Positions 14,204 to 27,970 of a DNA stretch of 64,000 nucleotides are shown piece after piece. Position 1 is the stretch's first letter; the number at the start of each line of letters is the position of its first letter. Both the position numbers and the translations under genes were made by a program. The stretch spans positions 353,772,001 to 353,836,000 of the forward strand of contig OZ024740.1 in NCBI GenBank assembly GCA_964016885.1, written 5' to 3'. Below the pieces are notes generated by a model. That model saw nothing but the letters and a program-made list of their open reading frames with translations. It ran no database searches and was not told the DNA's origin. The stretch comes from Eledone cirrhosa. Taxonomy: Eukaryota.

Positions 14204-15446
14204 TGATGGTATTTTTGGTGGTGTTTTGTTCTTGTTAATATCTCTGCTATCACCAAGATAATGCTTCACTGTTGTTGCTAAGGCATATAAACAGGCGTTG
14301 ATTTGCCAAAATGTTGGGGTTTTCATCCGTCGTAAATATTCACCCTCTATTTCGTCAATAACACGTAATATTTCATTATTTGGTTTTTTATTAAATGTTG
14401 TTTTATTTCGTTCAGCAAGAGAGATATTTATACATGAATTAATTTCTCTCTGGAAGATTTCGTTGAGGGAAATTTTCAATTGTTTATACTTTTGATTATT
14501 ATCATTATTGATAGTATTTTCCACAATAGTCGAGGTAGACTCAGATGGTACACGTGGTGTCAAATTTCTTCGATTATTATTATTATTTCTTCGATATTAT
14601 TATCATCGATAGTATTTTCCCCAGCATTCGAGGTAGACTTAGATGGTACACGTGGTGTTAAATTTCTTACAGGCATAGTTGTTTCAAGGCACTATTCGAC
14701 CTGGCTACTAGGAAGTCTAGTAGCATGGCGACCTGTAGCACGTGTTGTTGATTCCATGTTTGTTGGGGGAACTTACAATTAATAATATTTATCTTATTTT
14801 TACGTTCAACAAAAGTCGCTTGTTGGCGTAATTGTTTCGCTGTGAAATAATTTAGCTCTGGGTATATTTCGTCCCAGTGTAACTTCATTCTGTTCATATA
14901 GCCAATGGAGGGATTGTTTTTTGCTATTTATAACAATTAAATAAATCATTAAGTTCGCAACTCCAAGCGAAATGCGCTGAGCTGGCCAGCCGCAGGTGTG
15001 AGCCCTGCGAGTTGGAGTGGCTTTTCCAGCGCGTCTCCCTTGCCGTCCTCCGGGGAAAGGCCTTCTCCATTCTGTCCGCCGGGGCTGTGGGTGAGCCCCA
15101 TCGCGTACCAATACATTAGTTAAATACCATTCTTTGATCTGATACAACAAAACTGAATAAATTTTGTTTACCTTTCTCGTTTTTCTTCGGTATTCCACTA
15201 ATGTTGTTGTTGATGTTGTGTTCAGCCATGCTGTATGTAGCAAATCCATGTAAAATGAATTATGTATTTAGTCTGATATCTACGAATTCGAATAAAAGGT
15301 GTCTTCAGTGGATATAGTTAGAAGAATATCTAGTTATTCAACATGACTGGTAGTTGTGGCATTACTGTCGGAGATAGTATTCATCTTAAATTTAATGAAT
15401 AGTCCCCCACACCAAAATATGCGACTGATCGCGTTGACTGACTGAC

Positions 15447-15478
<32 letters not shown>

Positions 15479-15510
15479 TGTATGTATGTATGTATGTATG
15501 TATGTATGTT

Positions 15511-15557
15511 CTTTTGGTTTTATAATTTTACAAATGTTTGCCAATAGAGAGAGAGAG

Positions 15558-15636
<79 letters not shown>

Positions 15637-16352
15637 GGTTTCTAACATAGATACAAGACTCATTAGAATTTACACAGCATCAACTAGGTAGATATGTATG
15701 CATGTCTGCATGCATGGATGTGTGTGCATGTATGGATGTTACTGTATGTGTGGATGTGGATGTTTTGAGTTGTATGTGTGCATGTGCATATGCTTTGTAT
15801 CTGTACAAGTGTTTATTCAGCTATTAGAGGCAGAAGTTTTGAAATGTTTTTACATATTTTTACTATTCCATTAATGAATTATAATTTCCTAACTAGTCGT
15901 GTTCTTTCTGTTCCTGTGAAGTCCAGCTTCTCAAGATTTGTACTGAAGCAGTTACTAACATATCCCAGTGCCCCAATAATCACAAGCATAAATCTGAAGG
16001 TATAGTCAGGATGGAGTACCTGCAGATTCCTCATCAGTTCTGCATAAATATTCTCCTTTTCGCTAATCATTGATAATATATTGGCATCTGCTTGGCAGCT
16101 AATTTCCACAACTGTGCATGACTTCTTTTCCCTGTCCCATATCATTATATCTGGTCTGTTATGCCTGCATTTTATTTGGGTTTTTACTGGAACATTTCAC
16201 CAGTACTCTTTCATATTATGTATATGTTTGTCTTTCACATTGCTGTATCTTTTAACATGTTTATTGTCGAGGCTATCTTTTTTACGGATTGCATTGTACA
16301 GCGTTTTGGCCACTACATCATGCCTCATAGTATCATGCTAGATAGTACCGCG
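15511..16352 (-). mobile_element. 5'-truncated second copy of the R4/Dong-like LINE (RLE + 3' UTR)
   Basis: High similarity to 9776-10535; bounded by (TATG)n on both sides. Confidence 0.9.
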
Positions 16353-17056
16353 ATATGTATGTATTAAAACAAATCAGCTTCTGCCTCTCGCTCATCGCCC
16401 ACTTCACAAGATCCATTTCTTTTCCATTCTCATCTCCCTTTCCTCCCATGAGTTTATGCCACCATCCAATTCGCCTCTCCCACTTTCCCCCCTCTAACAG
16501 TTTTTGCTACTATTTTGTTTGGCAACTTCCTACCCTAATGGTCAAACTTCACCATTTCAACAAGATGTAACCATTTAAACCGTAGCGGATCTACAACTTG
16601 ACATCGTTCCAACACTATTTCTTATTTCTTATTTTTTCTTTTCTTACTCGCCTTTGATAAAAGGGTTTAACCCGAAATAGCAAATGCATTATTTTATCTA
16701 TTCCACGTAAATATAACCACTACAGACACATTGACCCTACTTTTGTGCATATATCTTATCAACTACGTGTCATTTTCTTCACATTTCGCACTTTGTATTT
16801 ACTTTATTTTAACTCTCACTTTTAATTGTTTGTTCTATTCTTTCGTGTGGTATTTGATACTATATATATACTGTAAACAACATCTAATACACTTAACAAG
16901 TGCTACCAATGGTTTCGGGGTCCAGTCATGACGATCACTGTATACTGGAGGACACATATATGTTTACACTAAATAAGCTCCCTTCCAACAGATCGAGTAC
17001 TGTTTTCCTTGATCTTTCATCTACGGATTTCTACCAATATATATATATATATAAAA

Positions 17057-17260
17057 CGAAGGAGGTGGTGGTAAGGAGCCAGATGGACCATAACGCACCA
17101 GAGTACTCAATACTTAGGGTAGTAGAGTGAGTAATAGGAAAATGTTTAACCCCGACGGCAGAGCTCAAGCCGTTTCGACGGCTATTTCTTGACTAGAAAT
17201 AGTCCGGAAATAGCCGTCGAAACGGCTTGAGCTCTGCCGTCGAGGATAAACATTTACCCA
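17057..17260 (-). mobile_element. Fold-back pLTR-tail element (GCCGTCGAAACGGC family)
   Basis: Hairpin 17140-17257 plus a tail shared with 30548-30683, 33082-33302, 36528-36715 and 58148-58270. Confidence 0.8.
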
Positions 17261-17403
17261 TATATATATATATGTAAAAGTTCTATTTAAATTGTTGTGA
17301 TACAACAAGCAAATATTTTTATAACTGATATAAAGCACTCAACAAATATTTGGAGTAAAAATACGATATTAACAAATGGAAACTATATTTATAAAACCAT
17401 ATT

Positions 17404-17468
17404 TATTTCATTATACATATTTCAAGGACACCAAGTTAAATTATGGTGTGCTTTCATCAGATAAAATA
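17404..17468 (-). ncRNA. Type I hammerhead ribozyme, same family as 13466
   Basis: Minus strand: tattttat CTGATGA aagcacacca..tggtgtcctt GAAA tatgta TA atgaaata. Confidence 0.8.
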
Positions 17469-17575
17469 TAATATAGATCAGTTTTATAAATAAATATTGA
17501 CATACCCTTAAAGAATGCAACCATTACTGTTGGAAGCTCCCGGTTTTATAAATATAGTTTCCATTTGTTAATATC

Positions 17576-17685
<110 letters not shown>

Positions 17686-20227
17686 GGTAGAAATACGTAG
17701 ATCAGATACTTGTCTTTACAAGGATGAGTGGTTTACTCCATGGAACGTTTTTACGACTGGATGAACTAAGCCAATACGTGTTCATAGTCAGGCTGTAGAC
17801 AATAGGATGGTAAATAGGATGTGTAAGATTTTTAAAATGACATGATGTTACAATGGGAACTCGAAACTGGGTTTCAGAGAGCTTACGAATGTATAAATTA
17901 ATAGTAAAAAAACTAATTTTATTTAGCTTAAAGGGGTAAAAGAAACATTAAAATTTCATTAAAACAATACCTTTAAAAATACTGCACAATAATTTGTGCT
18001 TCTACTATTTTTATGATTTGTTTATTTTTATTCTGTAAACAAGTAATCATTTGTAGGAGATTAAATATTGATAATTTATTCAATGAAGTTCAATCAGCGC
18101 TAGCATTAGATGCAGATAATTTGGAGCCTTCAAAGTCATATATCGAGTTACCCCTTCCATTATCAGAACAAGTAGTCAAAGAAAATTTAATTTACTCTTC
18201 GAATATAAAATTTGATCATGTTACAAACGTCTTGATTTATGCAGCAAAGATTTGTTAATAATGCACTAGTAGAATTCAGAAAATATCTAGAGAGAAAACG
18301 AAACAAATATAGTTCAAATAAATTTGAAAATCACTGAAACTACTGTAAATATTCATTTGTTACTTGTATTTAAATACGTGTGGAACCATAGTGATAATTT
18401 TAGAAGAAACGGATGCTAGATCAACTTGAAAAGTAAGGGACGAAGTTAAATTATTCTATGATAGTTCTTTGCTGTTCCAGTTTTACAGTAATAGATTTAA
18501 CATTTAGAATATTCAATCTCAGCTTGTATTAAAGATCATTAGACGTCGTTCTACTTCACCTTCTCAATTGTGTATGTTCTTCGAGAATCTTGTTAACTTG
18601 TTCTTCCAGAATGATAATTGAAAATATCATACTTAGCATATCTCAAATCTGTTAAGAATAAAAAACACCAGCATTGTGACAGTTCTCTGAGAGTATCTTA
18701 TGACACATTGAGGAATATTTGATTAATGCTGCTGGGCATATTTCTAAACACCAGTTAGTATCTCAAGAGATGGAAATCTTAATTCACAGAGATCAGATAC
18801 TTGTCGTTGACCGACAATGAAGTCTCTGTGAAGTAGTCTGCAACGACATACGAACAAATTATTTGAAATAACTACATATATTATTCTCCAGCTTATTTCT
18901 TTTGATTCGGCACAATACCATATTTTTAAAATTCTGATGATAACTTTGTGGGATCGACATACGTCCTACTTATTTTACTGACACAAGAGTAAGTAAGGGA
19001 AAATTTGATGCAAAGAGAAATATTTTTGTATAGTCAATGCTCTGAACTCAATAATAAAATATATTTAAAATCTGAGAATAAAAAATGTATTTTATTTATA
19101 ACGCAAATGTTTCGCTCTATTCAGATTATTTTTCAATGAAAATTGATTCTTTGATGTTATGCTTGTGATCATTTGTTCGTATGTCGTTGCAAACTACTTC
19201 ACAGAGACTTCGATCTCGGTAAATAATGTTTAATTGAGTATGATCACAAGCATTAGTTTTAGGTTAGTGGCAATGTTTATTAGCTATAATAGTCATCACT
19301 AGTCATCTGCAATAAAGGCTCTTTTCGAATATGCCACAGTTTTATTTTAAATACAGTGTTAGCGAATTTTAACTACTGTGTAAACTCGAATCATTGTGTC
19401 CCTGGAGAAGGCAATTGGAACATATTTCTGTATATTCTTCTCTCAATTCTCTGTAGATATATCATATACAACGGCCATTTACGGCTTAAAAACAGAATAC
19501 TATCGCGATGATTTCGAATGCTTTTTACACAAACATGACCACACACAAGTGTATTGCTACCAATATACCATGTACACATATTAAAATATATATGCAAACC
19601 TATACATATGTACAGCTTATGTGAATATTGGTTAGCCAAAGACTTTGCGCCCTTCTTCAATATGACTTCGACTGTAATTAAAGTATCTATTCCTATGTTG
19701 ACGATGGGTAAATAATTCAAATTTATGTACTTGAGGTTGGGTGGCAGTGGATACCTGAGGGGATGTATGGTTTTAAAGTTTGGTTAAACAAAACATCGAG
19801 AAAGTGCACTGCTTTCAGGTTCTCTGAATCTGTTTGTTACTACTAAATTGTGTGTCAAATCATTAATCCACCAACGTTATTGAACCCCTTAATAAATGCT
19901 GTGACATTGTTCCATTGAGTTAAATATATTTTTTGTCATATATTCTATTTGATACTTTTAACATAATAAAATTAAGAGAACTTGAAATAAAAACTCCATG
20001 GTTGTGTCACCTCTACCAACCTCTGCCATTTATTACTCGAATATCATTTGCTAACGCGATTTTTTACATCTTTTCAGTGAGTGTCACAGTTGTTTACCAC
20101 GACAATACATCTGATATATATAATAGGAATTTTTTTCTGTCTGAAGCCACTCTCTCTCTCTCTGTACGTACATACATACATGGTGGCTGCCAACTCGTTT
20201 TCGAGTACGGCCACTACTTTATATCCA

Positions 20228-20552
20228 TGTAGGAGAACCCCTACCGATACGCTGAACAAGTGTGACTTTTTAGTCCAGCCAGTGACTTGAAAACTCTGGT
20301 ACAAACACTACACCTGTGACAATTATTGACACATAGTGCTGGGCCCATGGTACCATGTGATGACAAGTGCAGAGAGATCTCCAGATATAAAGCAATGCCC
20401 CTGCCGTGAAGCTTTTATAGTGAGCAAAGGCACTGCACAAAGCCAGTCCCACTCTCTTAACCAAGATGATATTTACCAAAAAGAAGAACAAGTCATTGGA
20501 TACCATCAGGGTTGCAGGTGTTATATCAGAGTTTTCCTTCTCCTAGAATTCT
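20228..20552 (+). repeat. Dispersed ~330-bp repeat; inverted copy at 38174-38505
   Basis: Near-identical translations (LGPWYHVxTSAERSPDIKQC) on opposite strands. Confidence 0.9.
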
Positions 20553-20649
20553 GCCTTGACAAAGGCTAAGGGGTCATCTCTCCCGGAAATACATACATAC
20601 ATGCATACACACAAGCACACACACACACACACAGACACACACACACACA

Positions 20650-20686
<37 letters not shown>

Positions 20687-20784
20687 TTAGGGATTGTAAC
20701 TTCGAGTTACTATAGGTTCACCAGAGTGAGTACTCGTAGTTTCCAGTAAGTATAGAGGTGTAGTACTATGTAGTACTATAATAA

Positions 20785-21085
20785 TAATTCTTTCTACTTT
20801 TGGCACAAGGCCAGCAATTACCTAGTACATTACTGGTACTTTGTTTTATCGACCCCGTAAGGATGAAAGGCAAAGTTAACCTCGGCGGGATTTGAACTCA
20901 GATTGGAAAAGGCCGTAACTCTATACGTCAAAGCATGGCGTCCGACCCTCTACCGATACTGCCAAACCACCGCCCTATTGTAATAATTGTTTCTACTTTT
21001 GGCACAAGGCCAGCAATTACCCAGTACATAACTGGTACTTTATTTTATCGACCCCGTAAGGATGAAAGGCAAAGTTAACCTCGGC
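20785..21085 (-). mobile_element. Two tandem SINE copies (one full, one partial)
   Basis: Same SINE core on the minus strand at 20785-20976 and 20983-21085. Confidence 0.9.
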
Positions 21086-21295
21086 CCTATTGTAATAATG
21101 ACGATTTGTTATGTCTTCATTGTGTTTATTGAGTAGTGACGCGCGTTTCGGTATTCATCAGCTCATTACCACAACAGAAGTTCGACAGGCTTTTGATTCC
21201 AGAGTCGGGCCAGATCGATACAGATCGAACCTTGAGCTGATCAATAGTGAAACTCTCGTCAAGTCAATAACCGTAATGAAGCATAACAAATTGTC

Positions 21296-21326
<31 letters not shown>

Positions 21327-21329
21327 GAA

Positions 21330-21990
21330 AGTTCAGTAAATCCGAAGAAAATCGGTGAGAAAACCAAAGTCAGCACTCGATGCATCCGTTGTAAATAATC
21401 GGAACCTCCTAATGCAATATCCCTTCTTTTGCATCGAACACCGCAGATCTCAGACGAACTGGTAGATCTCTGACGAACTGCAACTGCAGATCCCCCCCCT
21501 CCTGACTGCCCCCTCAACATCCGCTGCAGAGTCTCGGGAGTGGTCTACAGCTGTACGGTCTCTACCGAAGAGAGGAATTTGTGTATGTGGGTTCCACAAG
21601 TACCGCGTTCAAATCTCGATTCCTCAACCAGATGTGCTCCGTTAGACAGAAGCAAGAGGTCCAACACTAGTCTAGTCTGTGGAGGCTCAAGGATGAGAAG
21701 CGGAACTTCATATTGAGGTGGAAAATTCTGTTTTGCGTCTCCCCCCCGAGGGGGGGGGGGGGCTGGGTAGTAATGTTTGTCGGCTCTGTATCTGTGAGAG
21801 TGTGGAAATCCTAAAGCTATGCGGGCGATCAACTCAAGGTTCGAGTTCCTGAGTAATTGTATGCATCGAAGGACCCATCTGTTCGCTCATCTCGCAGGTA
21901 CGCGCACCGTAAGGGACCGGTGTTTTACTTAGGGGGATACTGACCCTATCATGCCACGGTAGCCCCATTACTCTTTCCAAAACACCAACA
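21330..21990 (+). mobile_element. Penelope-like element GIY-YIG remnant
   Basis: CNCR..CPLNIRCRVSGVVYSCTV..VYVGSTSTAFKSRFLN..WRLKD..WKIL..CRLCICE (frameshifted). Confidence 0.8.
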
Positions 21991-22103
21991 CCCCTATTTT
22001 CTTGCATCTTTGAGTGTATTTTTGTGATGTGTATATATGTATATGTATGTGTAAGTATATATATGTGTATGTATATATATATATGTATATATGTATATAT
22101 ATG

Positions 22104-22198
<95 letters not shown>

Positions 22199-22321
22199 CT
22201 GTATATATATATGTGAATATATATATATATGTGTGTGTGTGTGTGTTTGTATATATGTATGTATATTTGTATGCATGTGTATATACGTGTATATATGTAT
22301 GTATGCGTGTCTATATGTGTG

Positions 22322-22443
<122 letters not shown>

Positions 22444-22762
22444 TGTGTGCATATGTGTGAGGATATATATATGTATGTACTTGTACGATTTCTACGTGTG
22501 AGAGAGTGTGTTGCGTAGGCATTTCATGCACGCGTGTGTATACGTGTGTGATCATGTATACGTGGATATATTTCTTTGTTTCTTTATTTATATTTATATC
22601 TGTTAATTTTATTTTTGTCTTTGTTTATAACTGTTTTTTTCTCGTAATGCTCGGGATAAGAGCGACCGTTGAATTCTAGGCCCTTGTATGGTCATTCTAT
22701 ATGGTTGTTTGTGTTTTTGCTGGTTCGTTCACAGATTTGATGTGATTTGTGTTGTGTTAACA

Positions 22763-22850
22763 CTGGTCTGAGGATCAGTCAGTCTTGGAGTCTGGTCTGG
22801 GGTGCCATTCTAGATCACGAGCCAGCTGCTTGAGAAACATTTGTAACCAG
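22763..22850 (+). ncRNA. Type I hammerhead ribozyme with long stem II insert, in a pLTR-like segment (22575-22890)
   Basis: ctggt CTGAGGA tcag...ttga GAAA catttg TA accag. Confidence 0.75.
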
Positions 22851-22914
22851 GATTGAGCAGCATCTCCACTTTGTTCTTGTTCTTTTTATATATATATATA
22901 TATATAAGCAAAAG

Positions 22915-23812
22915 GCTCCAGGATTTAGAAAGACCAGTCGATTATATCACCCTTGATACATGAGGTGTGCTATTTGATCAACCCCAGATGGATAAAAGGT
23001 GAAGTCGACTTCTGTATAAAGAGATATCACAAGGCTTTTTGTCAATCGTTTCACCGATTTTGCTAATCACTCGCTAGGATTTGCTAAATAATTGTTTCCA
23101 CTTTTGGCACAAGGCCAGCAATTACCCAGTGCATTACTGGTACTTTATTTTATCGACCCCGTAAGGATGAAAGGCAAAGTTAACCTCGGTGGGATTTGAA
23201 CTCAGAATGGCAAGGGACATAACTTTATGCATCAAAGCATGGCGTCCGACCCTCTACCGATACTGCCAATCCAAATGATATCTAATTCAGGTACTAGGAC
23301 AACAATTGGGATGGCGTCGATTATATCTACCCCAGTGCTTAAATGGTACTTTATTTTTAAGGATGAAAGGCTAAGTTGACCCGGGCAATATTGGAAATCA
23401 GAACGTAAAGAGCCGTAACAAATACGACAAATTATTTTGTCCGGCTCTACCGGCTCTCTCAATCTACCACTCTTGCTTTTCTAAATAATAGTTTCTAATT
23501 CAGGTATGTCGACCTTAGTATATGACTGGTACTTTATTTGCTGTCTACGGAAGGATGAAAGGCAAAATTAATCTCGACAGGATTTGAACAATGAACGTAA
23601 TAAATACAAACACCACTTTTACGTTCTAAATAATTGTTTCTACTTTTGGCACAAGGCCAGCAATTATCCCAGTGTATTACTGGTACTTTATTTTATCGAC
23701 CCCGTAAGGATGAAAGGCAAAGTTAACCTCGGCGGGATTTGAACTCAGACCATAAAGGGCCGTAACACTCTGCTGCAAAGCATGGCGTCCGACCCTCTAC
23801 CTATACTGTCTA
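22915..23812 (-). mobile_element. Cluster of about five co-oriented SINE copies of different ages
   Basis: Repeated GGATGAAAGGCAAAG cores; best preserved at 23088-23273 and 23629-23812. Confidence 0.85.
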
Positions 23813-24498
23813 TACAAATCTAAAATAATATTCTTTTAACCATTTCCCTTCGTATTATGCTTTTTGTCTTCAATAAATCAAAACTGCTTTATACTAAGTC
23901 ACAAAATCAGAAGGAAAATTGTCACACGGTCATGTGGAATGTTAGGTTTTAATAACAACATAGCATTCGGTGACAATACATCAAGGTAAGGATAAGACTG
24001 TTATTTTTTTAATTTTTAGTGTTGTTAAATAAGCCATTGAAGATTATTGACATGTGATATTGTTCAGCTTTAGTAGTGTTAAACGAATGCTTTAATTAAA
24101 ATCATCAGAAGAAATCGATTTAGTCGATAATCGCGAAAACATTAACTGAAAGCTATTAATAAGCTCTTATTGATTGTTGTAATATACTAAATGGACGCTT
24201 TTTTTCAAATAAAACTGTCAACTTTTGGTTTGGTCATTAACATTTTAAAATAATTCGACAACGATGAAAATATATACTATAATTAATTGTCTTGAGAATA
24301 AAACTAGAGTAATCAAAGTATCATTACATAACACAAAGTTAATCATTTGAAATATCAATACTTTTTGGATGGATTGTAATCACTTGAAATCACATGCGAG
24401 GTAGGCAAGCATTTTCGAATGCCTAATGTGTAATTAAAAACTGCTATTCATGTCATGTGTCAATCATCTCCCTCCCCCTTTCTCTCTCTCTCTACCCC

Positions 24499-24534
<36 letters not shown>

Positions 24535-24540
24535 ATATAT

Positions 24541-24636
<96 letters not shown>

Positions 24637-24679
24637 ATGTATATATTTATGTATATACACCTATATGATATTTGCATAT

Positions 24680-26020
24680 ATAAATCTTCAGGCGTAACAA
24701 GGGTTTAGAGTGGTGAAAAATGTAAGGAGCAAGTACAGTGGCGGAAGTTGTGTCAGATTTCTGCCACTGCCTTATGCTTCTTCAGCTGGGCAGGATTAGC
24801 ATGCGTTTCAACATGTCAATGCTTGATAGTAGTGTGGTGCATGATCGGGTGCCAACAGTTTGTATCACGTATTGTCGGAACACAAGTAATAATTTAATAT
24901 TGATTTAAGTTCTATTTTGTACATTTAATTTCCAATTTAATTTTCTATTTAGTTTTTTTTTTGTTTTTTTATTATTGGTTGGATTTCTATAAAGGGTTTT
25001 GGGCAGTGATTTCTGGATTCAAGTAATAAGAAGAGTCTACGTTTGTGAAATTCATTATGTTTTAGTTTATTTTGTTTTATTTGTATATCTATTCTGAATT
25101 AAATTGCTAATTCTAAATTTTGATTTCTTTGCTAGTTTATGGCGTATTTAGTTTTGGTTTTGGTTAAGTTTTAGTTTGAATTTATTTTCATGATTGAAAT
25201 GGGGTTGGTAAATTTAGTTTTTCTATGGATTTGAATGGTCGACAGCCATAAAATATGATGATTGTATAATTGTTTGTCCGGAAGGTAGTATGATTAAGTA
25301 ATTAGTACATTACAGAATATATAGTACTTAATTTTCTGGTAAATATAACTAAACAGAAACCAGAAATTGAAGGTGATTGTACCAGCGTATTGGTTTGTTT
25401 TTACTTTTACTTTTAATTTTATTACGTCATTGTCTCTTGTGAAGGCGCATGGCTTAGTGGATAGAGCGTCGGGCTTACAGCTGCGAGGTTGTGTATTCGA
25501 TTCTCGGACCGCGCTGTGTATTGTTGAACAAGACACTTTATTTTACGCTGTTCCAGTTTACTCAGCTGTAGAAATGGGTTGCGACGTCACTGGTGCCAAG
25601 CTGTATCGGCCTTTGCCAAGCTGTATCGGCCTTGGACAATATCGGTGGCGTGGAGAAGGGAGACTGGTATGTATGGGCAACTGCTGGTCTTCCACAAACA
25701 ACCTTGCCTGGACTTGTGCCTCGGAGGGCAACTTTCTAGGTGCAAATCCCATGGTCACTCGTGACCGAAGGGGGTCTATTCCCTTTTTGTCTCTTGTGAG
25801 GTGTTATAGTTTTAGTTTATGATTTCGGTTTAGGTTTATTGGCTAGGTTAAAATTTTCAGGTTTTTGTTGATCAGATATTATGTTGTTGGTGGATGATTT
25901 GGGGGGAAGTGATGTAGTTTTAGTGTGTAATAAAGGTACGCCTGATTGTAACCAAGTATTTGTATTTGTATTTTGGGTAGTTTGGGTTTGTTGTAATTCA
26001 TTTATATTTTTGATAGATAA
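24680..26020 (-). mobile_element. Highly degenerate Penelope-like remnant
   Basis: A-rich minus strand; IHRKTKFT resembles the RT thumb, RQYVIQT resembles GIY-YIG YVGQT. Confidence 0.4.
25441..25790 (+). mobile_element. CORE-type tRNA-derived SINE with 13-bp TSD
   Basis: tRNA head (TGGCTTAGTGG, TTCGATTC); CORE-like TTGAACAAGACACTT..CTCAGCTGTAGAAATGGG; TSD TTGTCTCTTGTGA at 25430-25442 and 25787-25799. Confidence 0.85.
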
Positions 26021-26045
26021 GATTATGTGTATATATATATATATA

Positions 26046-26680
26046 TCGAGTAGAACGTAAGTTCCTTATAATAGTCCGTTATAATTAAAGTAGCTCAAGC
26101 AAAACATTTTCCGAGTCTTATAATATAAGGATCGGAAAATTTTTTCCTTGAGCTATTTTAATTATAAGGGACTATTGTGAGTTTTTAACTCAATATATAC
26201 TTTTGATAAATTCAGTTCCTAAACTTTTGTTGAGCTTTTATATGTTGAGTGGATTTGGCTGCTATTCTTACGTTCTACTCGACCCGCTAGGCACGGGATA
26301 CCATGTGCGTCTTTCTCTCTTAACACATGCGCATTATCTAGTCTTCTAAGAAATTTAGTAGTGAGGAGATTACTGAGCCGAACATCCACTGAAGAGCATT
26401 GGATTTTTACCTCTGTCCACATAATTGCGAAACAGTTCTACCAAAAGCTGTCTGGATGTTGATAATTATCATAATTCGGTTTGTAATTCTTAATTTATCC
26501 TTTTAATTGAGTCTTGCGAACCGTATTATCCTTAGTTAATATTTTCTTCACCCTGGCGGTTTACATCCCTTGTGATTTGAATGCATATATGTATATATCT
26601 GAGTTTGTCTCTCTTTATTATATTATAAGGTTCGGAAAAATATTATTGTGAGTTTTTAACTCAATATATACTTTTGATAT
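26046..26680 (+). mobile_element. Non-coding hammerhead element (retrozyme/pLTR-like), copy 1
   Basis: ~500-bp terminally redundant unit with an inverted 5' segment, in (TA)n; homologous to 32517-33070 and 41593-42205. Confidence 0.8.
26381..26460 (+). ncRNA. Type I hammerhead ribozyme (canonical)
   Basis: aacatcca CTGAAGA gca...tgc GAAA cagtt..agctg TC tggatgtt; 8-bp stem I. Confidence 0.9.
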
Positions 26681-27437
26681 ATATATATATATATCCGTAT
26701 ATAGTTGACGGACGAGAGAATAGAGTATTCAATACCGAAGTAGAGTTTACATATTCACTTCAGCATCCGAGTGGTAATTGTCAAGTTGTCTCTTAAACAG
26801 GATATGGTGAGATTAATCGACAACCCAACTCTTAATGAATGGAATCTTCCATTTTGTGTTCCATTTTGATGAATGGACTAGTGCCTGTGCCTTTAGCAAT
26901 CATGCCGAGGCTTAGATAGCTGCCTGTTGGTAATATTTCAAGGGACTTGCAATATGTTTATTTAGTGGCTGCACAGCAAAGGTTGGTGATAGGCTATAGT
27001 TAGAATCATTTTTTACATTTCTTTCACTAGCTTTAACATGGCTGAAAGAGAGTTTCCCTTCTAAGTGAGATATTGATAGCAGAAAGCTTTGTAAGCATAT
27101 TTATACTGAAAGAGAAGTCTCTGGCATATGAAGTAGGTCAGATTTGGGGATTTTGATTTATTTGTTTGGACGATATGTAGAACATTTGTTTATTTATAGA
27201 AGTTTCTAAGTTAGTTGATTTTAGTGGTGTTGTAATGGGAATTGGTAGGCTATAGTTTAGTGAGGATGTAATATTAACGTTGGATTGAGAAGTTGTGTGG
27301 GGAGAGAAATGATTTTATCCCGTAATATAGGTAGTAGTAGTATTAGGAGATAATGAAAATGATGATGATGTTGAAGATGATGATACAGAATAGCTTGTCA
27401 TGTGAAGTATGTGGTGATCTGGCGAGAGGGAAGAATA

Positions 27438-27622
27438 TAATTGTTTCTACTTTTGGCACAAGGCCAGTAATTATCCCAGTGCATTACTGGTACTTTATTT
27501 TATCGACCCCGTAAGGATGAAAGGCAAAGTTAACCTCGGCGGGATTTGAAATCAGAACATAAAGGGCCATAACTCTATGTTACAAAGCATGGTGTCCGAC
27601 GCTCTACCGATTCTGCCAATCC
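27438..27622 (-). mobile_element. tRNA-derived SINE
   Basis: Conserved core and head. Confidence 0.9.
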
Positions 27623-27758
27623 AATATCGTGTGATTTGACACAGTTACACTCAAAGTGTTGCGTCATGGTTAATTGTGTAGTACCTGTTGTTGCTGCTAT
27701 TCAACATGCTGTGGCAGAAATAAACATTAAAACAAACATTATTAAACAAAGGAAATAA

Positions 27759-27970
27759 GGGTGGTGGATTGGCAGCATCGGTAGAGAGTCGAACACCATG
27801 CTTTGCAGCATAGAGTTATGGTCCTTTACAGTCTGAGTTCAAATCCTGCCGAGGTTAACTTTGCCTTTCATCCTTACGGGGTCGATAAAATAAAGCACCA
27901 GTAACGTACTGGGTTGATTTAATCGACTTTCCCCAAAATTACTGGCCTTGTGCCTATACTAGAAATCATT
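27759..27970 (+). mobile_element. tRNA-derived SINE with 20-bp TSD
   Basis: TSD CATTATTAAACAAAGGAAAT at 27737-27756 and 27967-27986. Confidence 0.9.

Larger units (their letters stand above)
9776..15447 (-). mobile_element. Near full-length R4/Dong-clade LINE (RT + CCHC + RLE), frameshifted and interrupted
   Basis: ORFs 14667-14897 (GYMNRMKLHW), 12214-12744, 11493-12266 ([35 protein letters not shown]), 10665-11480 (IDRLY..GGRGL), 10208-10540 (RHD, NRPDI..D..VEIS). Confidence 0.9.

Noticed and set aside
16645-16690. TTGATAA..GAAA hammerhead-like remnant (similar at 45285-45320 and 19100-19130)
   Set aside because: Core and stems too degenerate to call.
22915-23812. Regularly recurring repeats superficially like a CRISPR array
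   Set aside because: They are SINE copies in eukaryotic DNA; no cas genes or unique spacers.
26780-27200. Possible GIY-YIG remnant on the minus strand
   Set aside because: Too degraded to support a call.
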